DNA of 64,000 bases from Candidatus Falkowbacteria bacterium. GTDB taxonomy: Bacteria; Patescibacteriota; Patescibacteriia; JAACEG01. Below the pieces are notes generated by a model that searched no databases, was not told the DNA's origin, and saw only the letters and a program-made list of their open reading frames with translations. The stretch covers positions 64,064-128,063 of the forward strand of contig JABIDK010000005.1 in the NCBI GenBank assembly GCA_018651725.1, given 5' to 3'. The translations under genes and the position numbers were made by a program. Positions within the stretch are counted from its first letter, which is position 1. Each line of letters starts with the position of its first letter. Shown piece by piece: positions 1 to 9,101 of the stretch.

Positions 1-1190
1 TTGTCCTAGAAGGATACTACGCAAAAGATAAAAACAAAGTTTATCTGGCTAAACCAGTTTTGACCGGCAATATGTCTGCTAATCTTACTCCTGGGATTAT
101 AGAGGCCGCCGATCCGAATACTTTTAAAGTTCTGCCCTTTGATTATTCAAAAGACAAAAACAATGTTTATGTATTTGATCAAATAGTGGAGGGGGCTGAT
201 GTGGAGACTTTTGTTTCGTACAGCGGTGTAGCTAGAAAAGATCCAAAAATTAATGAAGGCGAAGGTAGATACAATGCAGAAGATAAAAATTATAAGTATT
301 TTCATGGCAATCGTGTCGGTGTAGCAAAATCCAACAACACTGAATTTATAAACGACTATTTTTCCAAAGACAACGATTACGCTTACTATAATTTAGAAAA
401 AATTGAAGGAAGCGACAGTTCTTTTTTTGAGGTAATTGAGGGTGGCAAATGGGTAAACGTATACGACAAAGGAAAATATGCCAAAGATAATATTAATTAT
501 TACTTTGAGAACAAAATCGTAAATGAAATTGATGGCAACACCTTCGAAATCTTAAGTACTAATTACGCAAAAGATGAATACAATGTGTATTTTAGTGAAA
601 AAATTCTAAAAAACGCAAACCCGCAAACATTCAGTGTTAAGTGCTTGATTCCAAGCACCACTAGAATAGATGGATGTGAATATGCGCACGATGATAACAA
701 TCTTTACTACAATGGTGAAGTGATTATTGGTTCAAACCCAAAATCTTTCGAAATAAAAAGAGAAAGTGTTAATGGAATAAATATTGATTCGAGAGATTTT
801 ATTAATCTTTATAATCAAGGAAAAGTTGTCGAAAAGAGAAATCTTGAAGATATTAACGGATTTATAAATGTTTCCATCACATTAAAGGATAGAGCGATTA
901 CACAATCTACTAAATATGTTTACGAATATGATGAATATGAAAATTATAAAAAAGAAATTGAAAATATAGGTGGTATTGGTACCCAATCTGCAATAACCAA
1001 AGGGATAAACGGAAATATTTATGGTGCAAATATTTATTCAAATATTCCGATTGACTATCTAATAAATTTCATAAAAAAAGATTGGATAAAATCAATTCGC
1101 AATACTTCAGATTTTGATATGAGCAACAAACTTAGACAACACAAGAACGCTATAGAAGAATCTAGAAAAATAATTAAAGAAATAAGCTAA
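1..1190 (+). CDS. DKNYY-repeat family protein, 5'-truncated by window edge
   Basis: The reading frame is open from nt 3 (VLEGYYAKDKNKVYLAKPV...) upstream of the tracked Met at 60. It carries repeated D-K-N-x-Y-Y/YxF motifs (DKNNVYVFDQ, KDNDYAYYNL, KDNINYYFEN, KDEYNVYFSE, DDNNLYYNGE) spaced about 30-40 aa apart, typical of the DKNYY repeat family. The stop codon is at 1188-1190. Confidence 0.6.
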   Translation, partial: VLEGYYAKDKNKVYLAKPVLTGNMSANLTPGIIEAADPNTFKVLPFDYSKDKNNVYVFDQIVEGADVETFVSYSGVARKDPKINEGEGRYNAEDKNYKYFHGNRVGVAKSNNTEFINDYFSKDNDYAYYNLEKIEGSDSSFFEVIEGGKWVNVYDKGKYAKDNINYYFENKIVNEIDGNTFEILSTNYAKDEYNVYFSEKILKNANPQTFSVKCLIPSTTRIDGCEYAHDDNNLYYNGEVIIGSNPKSFEIKRESVNGINIDSRDFINLYNQGKVVEKRNLEDINGFINVSITLKDRAITQSTKYVYEYDEYENYKKEIENIGGIGTQSAITKGINGNIYGANIYSNIPIDYLINFIKKDWIKSIRNTSDFDMSNKLRQHKNAIEESRKIIKEIS

Positions 1191-1620
1191 AAGGAGTTTT
1201 GGGGTAAAGGGAATTCACCCCTTTAATTCCCCTCTTCCCTTTACCCAAAACGAAAAACAAAATTAAATTCTTTTTAAAAGTGATTTGCATTCGCAAATCA
1301 AAGAAAAACATATACATCAGCTAACAACACGATATCCGGTTACGGCTCTTCCGAGAGCCTCCACCCAAATTTTCTTTCGCTCCGCTCCAGAAAACTTCGG
1401 ATATCGGTAACAGTTATACGAAATAAATTTTTTATCTATACTAGTATTTAAAATTCAATGCGTTGAACACAGCGAAAATTTGATTTTTATTTAATTAATA
1501 AGGGGTAATAAGGAATATTTTTTGTCTTTAAAAAATTCTGGTAACAGAAAAATAATATTTTAATAAGTATTAACTTTTTTTGAAATTAGCTTTAGCTATA
1601 TAAGAAAAAATAATAAAAAA
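1191..1620 (+). repeat. Intergenic repeat module M1: H1 hairpin plus conserved blocks
   Basis: It shares blocks with modules at 2752-3153, 3981-4575, 9964-10221 and 14979-15405. These are TACATCAGCTAACA..CGGTTACGGCT..GCCTCCaCCCAAATTTT (near-identical to M5), CTCCGCTCC, AAAACTTCgGATAtcGGTAACAGTTATACGAAATAAATTTTTT, and ATTAATTAATAAGGGGTAATAAGG. Confidence 0.7.
1196..1251 (+). repeat. Structured hairpin element H1, copy A. Stem GTTTTGGGGTAAAGGGAA / TTCCCTTTACCCAAAAC, 21-nt loop TTCACCCCTTTAATTCCCCTC.
   Basis: It starts 6 nt after the stop of the upstream CDS and is preceded by AAGGAG. The 5' arm is 18 nt and the 3' arm 17 nt, leaving one unpaired G in the 5' arm. The loop is identical in copies A, B and D; copy C differs at two positions. 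Confidence 0.8.
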
Positions 1621-2751
1621 ATGGAATCACTAGATAATTTCAAACAATACTCAAAAAAGGAGGCGCAAGAAAAAGGAAAAGAAATGCAGGAAAAAATTAA
1701 ATCTGGAGAAGCGAAAGACTTTAGAGAAGCAGAGCAATCTGTTGAAAAAGAGCAAAAATTTGATTTAACCATAGATCAGATCACATCTATGCAGAGCATA
1801 GAAGATCTTTTTTCTAAAAGTAAGGATGTGCATACTGAACAAAATACAAATTTTATAAAATCTCTGAAAGAGTATATTGATGACTCTTCATTGCCGCAAG
1901 ATTTAATTATTTTAATTATAGAAAAAAATATTTTAAATAATTCTAATATTACAACAGACTTTGAGTACTCTTCACCAGAATGGCTAAGTGCTATAGTTTC
2001 AAGATTAAATCCTGAGCAAAAGAAAGAGTTTATCAAAAAAAGAGTTAAACTTTCTTTGAGTGTTCCTGAGATGATTCCAAGAATGATTGAACTATATTCT
2101 GTAACAGTTGATGATTATCGAAATGAATTTTTAAATAATCTTTCATCACAAAAGTATGATGGTTTAATCAATTATAGTAAAGGATTGTCAAAAAGATATA
2201 AAGAAGTTGGAATATCCTGCTTTGATGACGCAAAAGACAGAGAAGCACGCTTACCATTTCCTTGTGATGAAAATATTTTACTAAGATTGTTCCCAGACTT
2301 TTTTAATAGTCAAGTTTCGAATTCGTTAAAAAAAATTAAAATAAAAAAAACTGCAGAAAAAAATAAAGACCTCATGGATTTTTATTTCGTAACTATGGGT
2401 GGGGGCGGAGCAAATATTTTATCTAGTAAAAAAGAGATGAATATTAAAAAGATTGATAAAACAATTGAGAGCTCTTTAAAAGAAATTAATAATATACTTA
2501 CATCAACTGGTGATATCACCAAACAAAGCGTTATAGATCAATTAACAAATCAAGCTTTTGATACTATGTTTAATAGTATGCTTGAGGGAAGAACGCTTAC
2601 TATAAATTATACTGATTCCCAGGTTAAAGCAATGAAGAATGTTATTTCTAACTTAAATACTATCCGCAATAAGTATGAACTATCAGAAATTAGACCTGAA
2701 GACATAAACAAATTAGTTGAATATTTAAAGATAAAAACTGATACCCCCTAA
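1621..2751 (+). CDS. Hypothetical Lys/Glu-rich protein (376 aa), no recognisable domain
   Basis: Long ORF between two repeat modules. It has no signal peptide or TM segment and I recognise no motifs. Confidence 0.5.
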   Translation: MESLDNFKQYSKKEAQEKGKEMQEKIKSGEAKDFREAEQSVEKEQKFDLTIDQITSMQSIEDLFSKSKDVHTEQNTNFIKSLKEYIDDSSLPQDLIILIIEKNILNNSNITTDFEYSSPEWLSAIVSRLNPEQKKEFIKKRVKLSLSVPEMIPRMIELYSVTVDDYRNEFLNNLSSQKYDGLINYSKGLSKRYKEVGISCFDDAKDREARLPFPCDENILLRLFPDFFNSQVSNSLKKIKIKKTAEKNKDLMDFYFVTMGGGGANILSSKKEMNIKKIDKTIESSLKEINNILTSTGDITKQSVIDQLTNQAFDTMFNSMLEGRTLTINYTDSQVKAMKNVISNLNTIRNKYELSEIRPEDINKLVEYLKIKTDTP

Positions 2752-3153
2752 AAATATAAGGAGTTTTGAAAAAATGGAATTCACCCCTTTAATTCCCCTC
2801 TTCCATTTTTTCAAAACAAAAAATCAAATTTTCTTTTCTAGTAGAAAAGAGTAATCGCAATTAAAACGAGATAAAAAATTTACATCGCACAACAAAGAAT
2901 ATCTGGTTCAAAATATTTAATTTTAAATTATAATAAGGATTTAAATATTACTCACCCAAATTTTATTTCGTTTCACTTAATAAAACTTCAGATATTCTTA
3001 AACGTTGTACGAAATAAATTTTTTCATTCTATTTTCTTAACAAGTATTTCCTTATAACCACGGCGAAAGTTTATTTTTTTATTAATTAAAAGGGGAAATA
3101 GGTTATTTTCTCCGCTTCGCTACGAAAATAAATTTATTAAATTAACAAAAACT
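2752..3153 (+). repeat. Intergenic repeat module M2
   Basis: Its blocks are H1, the small hairpin CTTTTCTAGTAGAAAAG, CACCCAAATTTT, AAAACTTCAGATATTCTTAAACGTTGTACGAAATAAATTTTTT, and TTATTAATTAAAAGGGGAAATAGGTTATTTTCTCCGCTTCGCTACGAAAATAAATTTATT. The last block is nearly identical to 10128-10195. Confidence 0.7.
2773..2827 (+). repeat. Structured hairpin element H1, copy B. Stem GTTTTGAAAAAATGGAA / TTCCATTTTTTCAAAAC, same 21-nt loop.
   Basis: The 17-bp stem is perfect and completely different in sequence from copy A, but fully compensatory. The loop TTCACCCCTTTAATTCCCCTC is identical. Confidence 0.8.
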
Positions 3154-3624
3154 ATGTCACAAATTGAAATTATTGAACACAAAAATCACAAATTCATGTT
3201 CTTGGATGATTATCTTTGGATGTGGGACACACCACAAGAAAAAGAGTTACAAGAAGATTTAGCCAAACAAGCATATGGGGATGTGTTAATCGCAGGATAC
3301 GGATTTGGTATTTTATCAAAATACGCCCTAGATAACAAAAATATAAAAACAGTCAACACTGTTGAAAAATATCAAATTGTTATTGATAAAATGAAAGAGT
3401 TTGGTCACATATATGGAGATATAACTATTAACGATTACTATGATTTGCCAGAAGAAAAAAAATATGATTGTATTATTGGCGATATATGGCCAGACATTGA
3501 CGCAAAATTTTTAGATGATTATATCAAATTTAAAAATAAATCTAATCAAATATTAAAAAAAGGCGGAAAATTATTGGCTTGGGGAGGTGATTACTACGAA
3601 TATTTGATTAATTCAAAAAAATAA
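3154..3624 (+). CDS. Short spermidine-synthase-like class I MTase-fold protein (156 aa)
   Basis: VLIAGYGFGILSKYAL..VNTVEKYQIVID resembles the aminopropyltransferase motif I (VL.IGGGDGG..E..VE.D..Vi). DCIIGD resembles the D-V-I-I-V-D segment. It sits immediately upstream of speH with a 2-nt gap. It is too short for a canonical SpeE. Confidence 0.45.
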   Translation: MSQIEIIEHKNHKFMFLDDYLWMWDTPQEKELQEDLAKQAYGDVLIAGYGFGILSKYALDNKNIKTVNTVEKYQIVIDKMKEFGHIYGDITINDYYDLPEEKKYDCIIGDIWPDIDAKFLDDYIKFKNKSNQILKKGGKLLAWGGDYYEYLINSKK

Positions 3625-3626
3625 TT

Positions 3627-3980
3627 ATGAAAAACGGAACACATTTATTAGTTGATATAAAAAATTGCAAAAAAATAAAAGAGTTGTCTGATACTAAAGT
3701 TATCACCTCTTTCCTTGTTAAACTAATCAAATTAGCAAAAATGAAAGCCATAACAGAGCCAAAGGTAATGTATTATGAACACGAAGATAAAATTGAAAGT
3801 GGTATTACCGGTTTTGTAATCATCGCGGATAGTCATGTGAGCATTCACACATATCCTTTAAAAAAATCATTTTACCTCGACCTATTCTCTTGTAAAAAAT
3901 TTAATGAAAAAGAAATAATTAAATACACAAATGAATTTTTTGGAGGCAAAAAAATAAAAAGCCAACTTATCAAAAGATAG
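3627..3980 (+). CDS. speH: S-adenosylmethionine decarboxylase proenzyme, pyruvoyl-dependent class 1b (SpeH/SpeD-like)
   Basis: G-HLLVD..C ... GITGFVIIADSHVSIHTYP ... YLDLFSCKKF matches the small AdoMetDC signature (G.TG.v.l.ESHisIHTwPE ... D.F.C), including the Ser of the self-cleavage site. Confidence 0.8.
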   Translation: MKNGTHLLVDIKNCKKIKELSDTKVITSFLVKLIKLAKMKAITEPKVMYYEHEDKIESGITGFVIIADSHVSIHTYPLKKSFYLDLFSCKKFNEKEIIKYTNEFFGGKKIKSQLIKR

Positions 3981-4038
3981 TATTAATTATACTTATAAAG
4001 TAGTTACTTTTTAAAATAACAAAAACTAAAAATAAGGA

Positions 4039-4093
4039 GTTTTGGGCAAAGAGCATTCACCCCTTCATTTCCCCTCTGCTCTTTGCCCAAAAC
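4039..4093 (+). repeat. Structured hairpin element H1, copy C. Stem GTTTTGGGCAAAGAGCA / TGCTCTTTGCCCAAAAC, loop TTCACCCCTTCATTTCCCCTC.
   Basis: The 17-bp stem is perfect with compensatory changes. The loop differs from the other copies at two positions. Confidence 0.8.
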
Positions 4094-4498
4094 AAAAAAA
4101 TTAAACTTTCTTTTCTTTCAGAAAAGATTTAAACTGTTAACAAAAAAATTTACTACGTACAACACGGTGTATCTGGTTACAGAAAATTTCAATATAAAAA
4201 CATCCTGTTACGCTATCGCTTCACAGGATTAATAATAAGGAATAAAATTTTCTTCCACGCAAATCCAAATCTCTTTTATATTAATTTAAAAATGTATCGA
4301 TTTGGACTTCAGATGACACCGAAACGTTATCTGAAATTTTTACACTGCCTTGATGAGTGCCTCTCAAGTAAACCTCTACTTTTTAACGGTGCCTCTTTCG
4401 TTTAGACGAGAAAAGAAAAAGAATTCAATTGCTTCACAACAAAATATAACATTGTCTAAACGGTTCACTTCGTTCTCCCAAATTTTTCTCTTACTTGG

Positions 4499-4511
4499 GG
4501 GGGTCGCCATT
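4499..4511. repeat. GC-rich 13-bp inverted repeat GGGGGTCGCCATT, left copy. Its partner is at 9089-9101.
   Basis: Perfect reverse complements bracket the ABC transporter operon. The right copy begins inside the ATPase stop codon. Confidence 0.7.
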
Positions 4512-4575
4512 TGAAAACATTTAAAAACAATTATATACTACTTAATATAATAATAACTAAAAGAGGTATAATACT

Positions 4576-5562
4576 ATGAAAAACACAATTTTTGCTCTAA
4601 CAATCATCGCAGTTTTGCTATTAGTTGGATGTACGCAAGTACAACAAGATAAAGAATTAAAAGATTTTAAATTAAGTGTAAACACTTGGGTTGGTTTTGG
4701 TCCTTTTTATTTAGCCGATGAACTTGGATATTTTGAAGATGAGGGATTAGATGTAGATATTATTGTCATGGAGGGAACAGCTGAAAGAAAATCCACCATG
4801 ATAACTAATAAGATTGATGCTTTAGGGGACACAGTTGATTTATTGGTTTTAGCAAGAGATGAGGATGTGCCTGAAGTTGCAGTTTTAGAAGTTGATCTTT
4901 CTGATGGTGCTGACGGTTTAATTGCTACAGAAGATATCCAATCATTAGCAGATCTTAAAGATAGAAAAGTTGCTGCTCAAAAGAATTTTGTTGGGGAATC
5001 ATTTTTGCTCTATCTACTAAAAAAGAATGGAATGTCAGTAGATGATGTAACAATTATTGACACAGAATCAGGAGCAGCAGGAGCGGCTTTTGTTGCTGGA
5101 CATGTTGATGCTGCTGTCACATGGGAACCTTGGTTAAGTAAAGCAAAAGAACGAGAGGGTGGCCATATAGTTATAGATAGCGCAGATGAGCCAGGAGTAA
5201 TTGTTGATATTCTAACGGTCAATGAAAATGTTCTTAAGAACAGACCTGACGAAGTAAAAGCTTTAATGAGAGCATGGTTTAAAGCCATTGATTACTGGGA
5301 AAAGAATCCTGATGAAGCAAATGTAATCATGACAAAACACTATGATATGCCAGTAGAAGAATTTGCAGATATAATTTCTGGTGTAAAATGGCCAAGTTAT
5401 CAAGAGAATCTAGCTTACTTTGGAACATCAAATAATCCTGGAATGATTTACGATGTTGCCGATACTTTTGGAGAGGTCTTTTTAGAAACAGGCTCTATCA
5501 GTGTAAAACCGGACTTAAATAAAGCGATTGACGAATCATTGCTTGTTAATCTCTATAAATAA
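4576..5562 (+). CDS. ABC transporter substrate-binding lipoprotein, NMT1/SsuA (NitT/TauT) family
   Basis: Signal peptide with lipobox LLVGC. The VTWEPW motif and overall periplasmic-binding-protein character match sulfonate/nitrate/thiamine-precursor SBPs. Confidence 0.7.
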   Translation: MKNTIFALTIIAVLLLVGCTQVQQDKELKDFKLSVNTWVGFGPFYLADELGYFEDEGLDVDIIVMEGTAERKSTMITNKIDALGDTVDLLVLARDEDVPEVAVLEVDLSDGADGLIATEDIQSLADLKDRKVAAQKNFVGESFLLYLLKKNGMSVDDVTIIDTESGAAGAAFVAGHVDAAVTWEPWLSKAKEREGGHIVIDSADEPGVIVDILTVNENVLKNRPDEVKALMRAWFKAIDYWEKNPDEANVIMTKHYDMPVEEFADIISGVKWPSYQENLAYFGTSNNPGMIYDVADTFGEVFLETGSISVKPDLNKAIDESLLVNLYK

Positions 5563-5574
5563 AAGAGGTAAACT

Positions 5575-6639
5575 ATGAACTTAATAGTAAAAGACATTGA
5601 TAGAGTAAAAAATACTTTAGAGAAGCTTCACAAAAGTAAGAAGCTTTTCTTTGCTTTATTTTTTGATGAAAGACCAGTACACAAAAAATATTTCTCTGAT
5701 GACCAAATCAGTATTCTAAAAGCGACTAATCTAATCTCAATAAAACAAAACTATATTTCTGCAAATTACAGAGTGATAAAGTTACAAAATAACAACAATT
5801 CAGCATTTATTGTAACTGATAAAGTTTCTTACAAAAAATTAGATCAAGTAATGCCCCTTCATCCTGAGAACCAATTTATAGTTGATGATATGAAAATTAA
5901 AGCTGACGATGAAGTTTTAGAAATTGGTGTTGGCAGTGGAGTTAATGTAATTTTTTCAATTATGTCCGGAGCTAAAAAAGTTACTGCTTTAGACATTAAC
6001 AAAAGAACTTTTGAATTTACAAAATTTAATGCTGCATTAAATCTCTCAAAACAAGACCAAAATAAAATTAATTTAATCCTTAATAAAAAATCCAGTTTAG
6101 AAAATATCTTTGATTCTGTGAAAAACAAGAAGTTTGATTATATCGTAACTAACCCTCCTTTTGAACCAACACCACCAAAATCAAAATATTTATTGAATTC
6201 TGCAAGTGGTATTTACGGTTTAGATGTAATAGAAGCTATCCTAAAAAAGACCAAACAGCATTTAAAAAACGCAGGATATTTACAGATGGTAACTTTTTCT
6301 CCTGGAAATCAAAAAGAACCTTTTATGCTTAAAGAAATGCTAAATAAATATTTAGGGGCAGGTATTATACATCTTAATAAAATAGGGATGAAATATGTTG
6401 ATTTTACTAAAAGATTTATTGATTTAGGTTATGATAAAGAAAAAGTAGACCTAATGAACTTACAGGCAAAAAAAGATAAAGTAACACATTTATATCTAAG
6501 CATGGTTCAGTATAATAATCAAATGGAAGATGTTAAAATTAAAACTTCAACTAAAATTTACAAGAATTGGGACATTCCTATTTATTCTGATGTGCCAATG
6601 GGGTTTAAACCTAAAAAATCAAAACTAAAGTTAGATTAA
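5575..6639 (+). CDS. Class I SAM-dependent methyltransferase with NPPF motif (HemK/PrmC-like small MTase domain)
   Basis: Motif I is EIGVGSGVNV. Motif IV is YIVTNPPFEP, the N6-adenine/N5-glutamine type. It lies inside the ABC transporter operon, 12 nt after the SBP and 1 nt before the permease. Confidence 0.55.
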   Translation: MNLIVKDIDRVKNTLEKLHKSKKLFFALFFDERPVHKKYFSDDQISILKATNLISIKQNYISANYRVIKLQNNNNSAFIVTDKVSYKKLDQVMPLHPENQFIVDDMKIKADDEVLEIGVGSGVNVIFSIMSGAKKVTALDINKRTFEFTKFNAALNLSKQDQNKINLILNKKSSLENIFDSVKNKKFDYIVTNPPFEPTPPKSKYLLNSASGIYGLDVIEAILKKTKQHLKNAGYLQMVTFSPGNQKEPFMLKEMLNKYLGAGIIHLNKIGMKYVDFTKRFIDLGYDKEKVDLMNLQAKKDKVTHLYLSMVQYNNQMEDVKIKTSTKIYKNWDIPIYSDVPMGFKPKKSKLKLD

Positions 6640-6640
6640 C

Positions 6641-7408
6641 ATGAAAAATAGATTAAAAACATTATTATGGGGATTATCTTCGTTTATTGTAATTATAATT
6701 ATCTGGGGTCTCTTTACTTATACAAGAATAATCAAACCTTTTTTTCTGCCAACGCCGACTGAAGTTTTAATTGCATTATTTGATTTATTTACCAAGTATA
6801 ATTTTATTGAAGATGTTTCTATTAGTGTTTTCAGGATTTTAACAGGCTTCATTATTGCCGTTATTATGGCAATCCCTGTTGGTGTCTCCATAGGGTTAAG
6901 CAAAAAATTTCAATCATTTATAGAACCAATCATTGATTTTATTCGTTATACTCCAATTCCTGCATTTATTCCTCTTCTAATCCTTTGGTTTGGTATTGGA
7001 GAATTAGAAAAAATCATCGTCATCGTATTAGCAGTATTTTTCCAATTAGTATTAATGGTGTCTAATTCAATTTCTCATGTGCCAAAAGACATTATAGAAT
7101 TCGCTAAAACCTTAGGAGTAAATAAAAAAGAACTTATTACTAAAGTTATTTATCAACATGCTAAACCTAGAATTTTTGATGATCTAAGAGTTTCAATGGG
7201 TTGGGCATGGGCTGGTTTAATGATTGCAGAAATTGTCGGAGCAACTTCGGGTATTGGTTTTGTTATTATTCAATCTCAAAGATTATTAAGAACAGAAAAT
7301 GTTATTTCCGCAATTATAATTGTCGGCCTGTTAGGGTTAATAACTGATTTTGTATTTAAAATTGCCTATAAGAAACTTTATCCTTGGGCAGAAAAAGAAA
7401 CACAATGA
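6641..7408 (+). CDS. ABC transporter permease (SsuC/TauC-type inner membrane component)
   Basis: About six TM helices. The binding-protein-dependent transport permease signature region is present. Confidence 0.75.
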   Translation: MKNRLKTLLWGLSSFIVIIIIWGLFTYTRIIKPFFLPTPTEVLIALFDLFTKYNFIEDVSISVFRILTGFIIAVIMAIPVGVSIGLSKKFQSFIEPIIDFIRYTPIPAFIPLLILWFGIGELEKIIVIVLAVFFQLVLMVSNSISHVPKDIIEFAKTLGVNKKELITKVIYQHAKPRIFDDLRVSMGWAWAGLMIAEIVGATSGIGFVIIQSQRLLRTENVISAIIIVGLLGLITDFVFKIAYKKLYPWAEKETQ

Positions 7409-9090
7409 AACCAAAACTTAAAATCAATAAAGTATCTAAGATTTTTGTAGATGATTCTGGAAAGAAAATAGAAGCTATCAAAGATATTTCAGTTGATGTT
7501 GCAGATAAAGAATTTGTTGCTATTGTTGGCCCATCTGGTTGTGGAAAAACAACTCTATTAAAAACTGTAGCAGGACTTCTTGAACCAACAAATGGTGAAA
7601 TCTACTTAAATAATAAAATAATCAATCAACCACAAAAAGAAATGGGCCTAGTTTTTCAAAACCCAGCTTCTTTTTCTTGGCTAACTGTTTTAGAAAATGT
7701 TGAATTCGGATTAAAATTACAGAATATCCCTGAAAGAAAAAGAAGAGAGATTGCAGGCCATTTTATAGACTTAGTTGGTTTATCTAGTTTTGAAAAATCA
7801 TATATTAAAAATCTTTCAGGAGGAATGAAGCAACGAGTTGCCATAGCAACAGTTTTAGCTAACAACCCAGATATTCTATTAATGGATGAGCCTTTTTCTG
7901 CTTTAGATGCCCAAACAAGAGCTTTAATGCAGGAATTAATTCTTACAATTTGGGAAGAAACAAAAAAGACAGTCCTTTTTGTCACTCATGATATTGAAGA
8001 AGCAATTTTTTTAGCAGATAGGGTCTATGTGATGAGTGCAAAGCCAGGAGAGATTAAAGATGTTATTAATATTAATCTACCAAGAGATAGAACTCCTGAA
8101 ATTAAATTATCTGATGATTTTCTTAGAATAAAAAAACATATCTCATATATCATCAGGGGAGAAGCAATTAAAGCAGCCCATGTAAATGTAGAATCACTTA
8201 GACCAAAAGCATTAAGAGTTGGAACTCATACTTGGCCAGGTAACAGCCCTTTCTATTTAGCAAGAGAAGTAGGTATATACAAAAAGAAAAAATTAGATGT
8301 AGAATTGTTAAGCCTTGAAAAAGAAGAAGACAGGATTAAAGCTCTACAAAATGGAGAAGTAGATATTCTTAATTTAACAGCTGATGGCGTAGTCTTAGCA
8401 AAAGAGAGAGGTTTAGATTTACAGATAATTGCTTGCCTTAACAAATCAATTGGTGGAGATGCAATTTTAACCAAGAAAGAGATCAAGAAAGTTGAAGAGT
8501 TAAGAGATAAAACTATTGCCATTGAAAGAGGATGGATTAGTCATTTCTTTTTATTGTATGTACTAAAAAAACATGGAATGGATGAAAAAAATGTTAAAAT
8601 AGTCCACATGAGGGGAAGTGATATAGGCGCAGCTTTAATTGCAAATAAAGTTGATGCTGCTGTTCTTTGGGAACCCTGGCTATCTCAAGCGCAGAAACTT
8701 TCAAGTACAAAAACTCTTATCTCCACTAAAGAAGAACCCGTAATAATTGATGTTTTAGCAACTACTAAAGATATTGCCAAGAAGAAAAATATTGAAATTA
8801 AGAAATTTGTCAATTCATGGTTTGAATCATTGAATTATGCTGATAGAAATAAAGAAAGAGCACACACTCTAATGGCCATCCCTCTCGGAATCTCTACAAA
8901 AGAACTCAGAGAATTATTAAAGCAACTTCAGTTTATTGACATAAACTATAATAAAAAACTATTAGGGACCAAAACCAACCCTGGAACTCTGATAAATTTA
9001 ATAGATAAAATATCTGATGTTTGGTTATACAACAAACAAATTAAAAATAAAGTGAATAGTAAAAACTTAATTAATTCTGATTTTATTTAA
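7405..9090 (+). CDS. ABC transporter ATP-binding protein fused to a C-terminal NMT1/SsuA-like substrate-binding domain
   Basis: Walker A GPSGCGKTT, ABC signature LSGGMKQRVAIA, Walker B LLMDEPFSALD and H-loop FVTHD are present. The C-terminal half carries WEPW and aligns with the SBP at 4576. The start is placed at the ATG overlapping the permease TGA (ATGA coupling); the track start at 7384 is also possible. Confidence 0.75.
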   Translation: MKPKLKINKVSKIFVDDSGKKIEAIKDISVDVADKEFVAIVGPSGCGKTTLLKTVAGLLEPTNGEIYLNNKIINQPQKEMGLVFQNPASFSWLTVLENVEFGLKLQNIPERKRREIAGHFIDLVGLSSFEKSYIKNLSGGMKQRVAIATVLANNPDILLMDEPFSALDAQTRALMQELILTIWEETKKTVLFVTHDIEEAIFLADRVYVMSAKPGEIKDVININLPRDRTPEIKLSDDFLRIKKHISYIIRGEAIKAAHVNVESLRPKALRVGTHTWPGNSPFYLAREVGIYKKKKLDVELLSLEKEEDRIKALQNGEVDILNLTADGVVLAKERGLDLQIIACLNKSIGGDAILTKKEIKKVEELRDKTIAIERGWISHFFLLYVLKKHGMDEKNVKIVHMRGSDIGAALIANKVDAAVLWEPWLSQAQKLSSTKTLISTKEEPVIIDVLATTKDIAKKKNIEIKKFVNSWFESLNYADRNKERAHTLMAIPLGISTKELRELLKQLQFIDINYNKKLLGTKTNPGTLINLIDKISDVWLYNKQIKNKVNSKNLINSDFI

Positions 9091-9101
9091 TGGCGACCCC
9101 C
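9089..9101. repeat. GC-rich 13-bp inverted repeat AATGGCGACCCCC, right copy
   Basis: Reverse complement of 4499-4511. Confidence 0.7.

Larger units (their letters stand above)
3981..4575 (+). repeat. Intergenic repeat module M3 (longest copy)
   Basis: Its blocks are H1, the small hairpin CTTTTCTTTCAGAAAAG, the hairpin TTCAGATGACaccgaaacGTTATCTGAA, CTCCCAAATTTTTC, and a terminal GGGGGGGTCGCCATTT. Confidence 0.65.

Noticed and set aside
1776-2036. Antisense or overlapping track ORFs inside confident genes. Examples: 1776-2036(-), 5010-5288(-), 5859-6128(-), 6718-6903(-), 7656-7985(-), 8253-8522(-), 9435-9818(-), 10458-10733(-), 11185-11603, 12196-12492(-), 16534-16859, 17984-18178, 21242-21478, 21848-22150, 22972-23238, 23762-23977, 27387-27808, 28896-29177, 29764-30030, 30254-31373, 32304-32489, 33424-34096, 35753-35998, 37009-41490 internal ORFs, 42401-45035 minus-strand ORFs, 47312-47807, 48898-49173, 49329-49654, 51837-52040, 53594-53977, 54394-54705, 57086-57304, 58466-58675, 60230-60463, 61719-61922.
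   Set aside because: They lie wholly within or opposite well-supported genes. They have no RBS, no recognisable motifs and low-complexity composition, as expected for chance ORFs in AT-rich DNA.
2785-2871. 28-codon ORF (MEFTPLIPLFHFFKTKNQIFFSSRKE) starting inside H1 copy B, with an AAGGAG 14 nt upstream
   Set aside because: The ATG is created by the variable stem sequence of copy B only. Copies A, C and D have no start codon at that position, so the element is not a conserved small gene.
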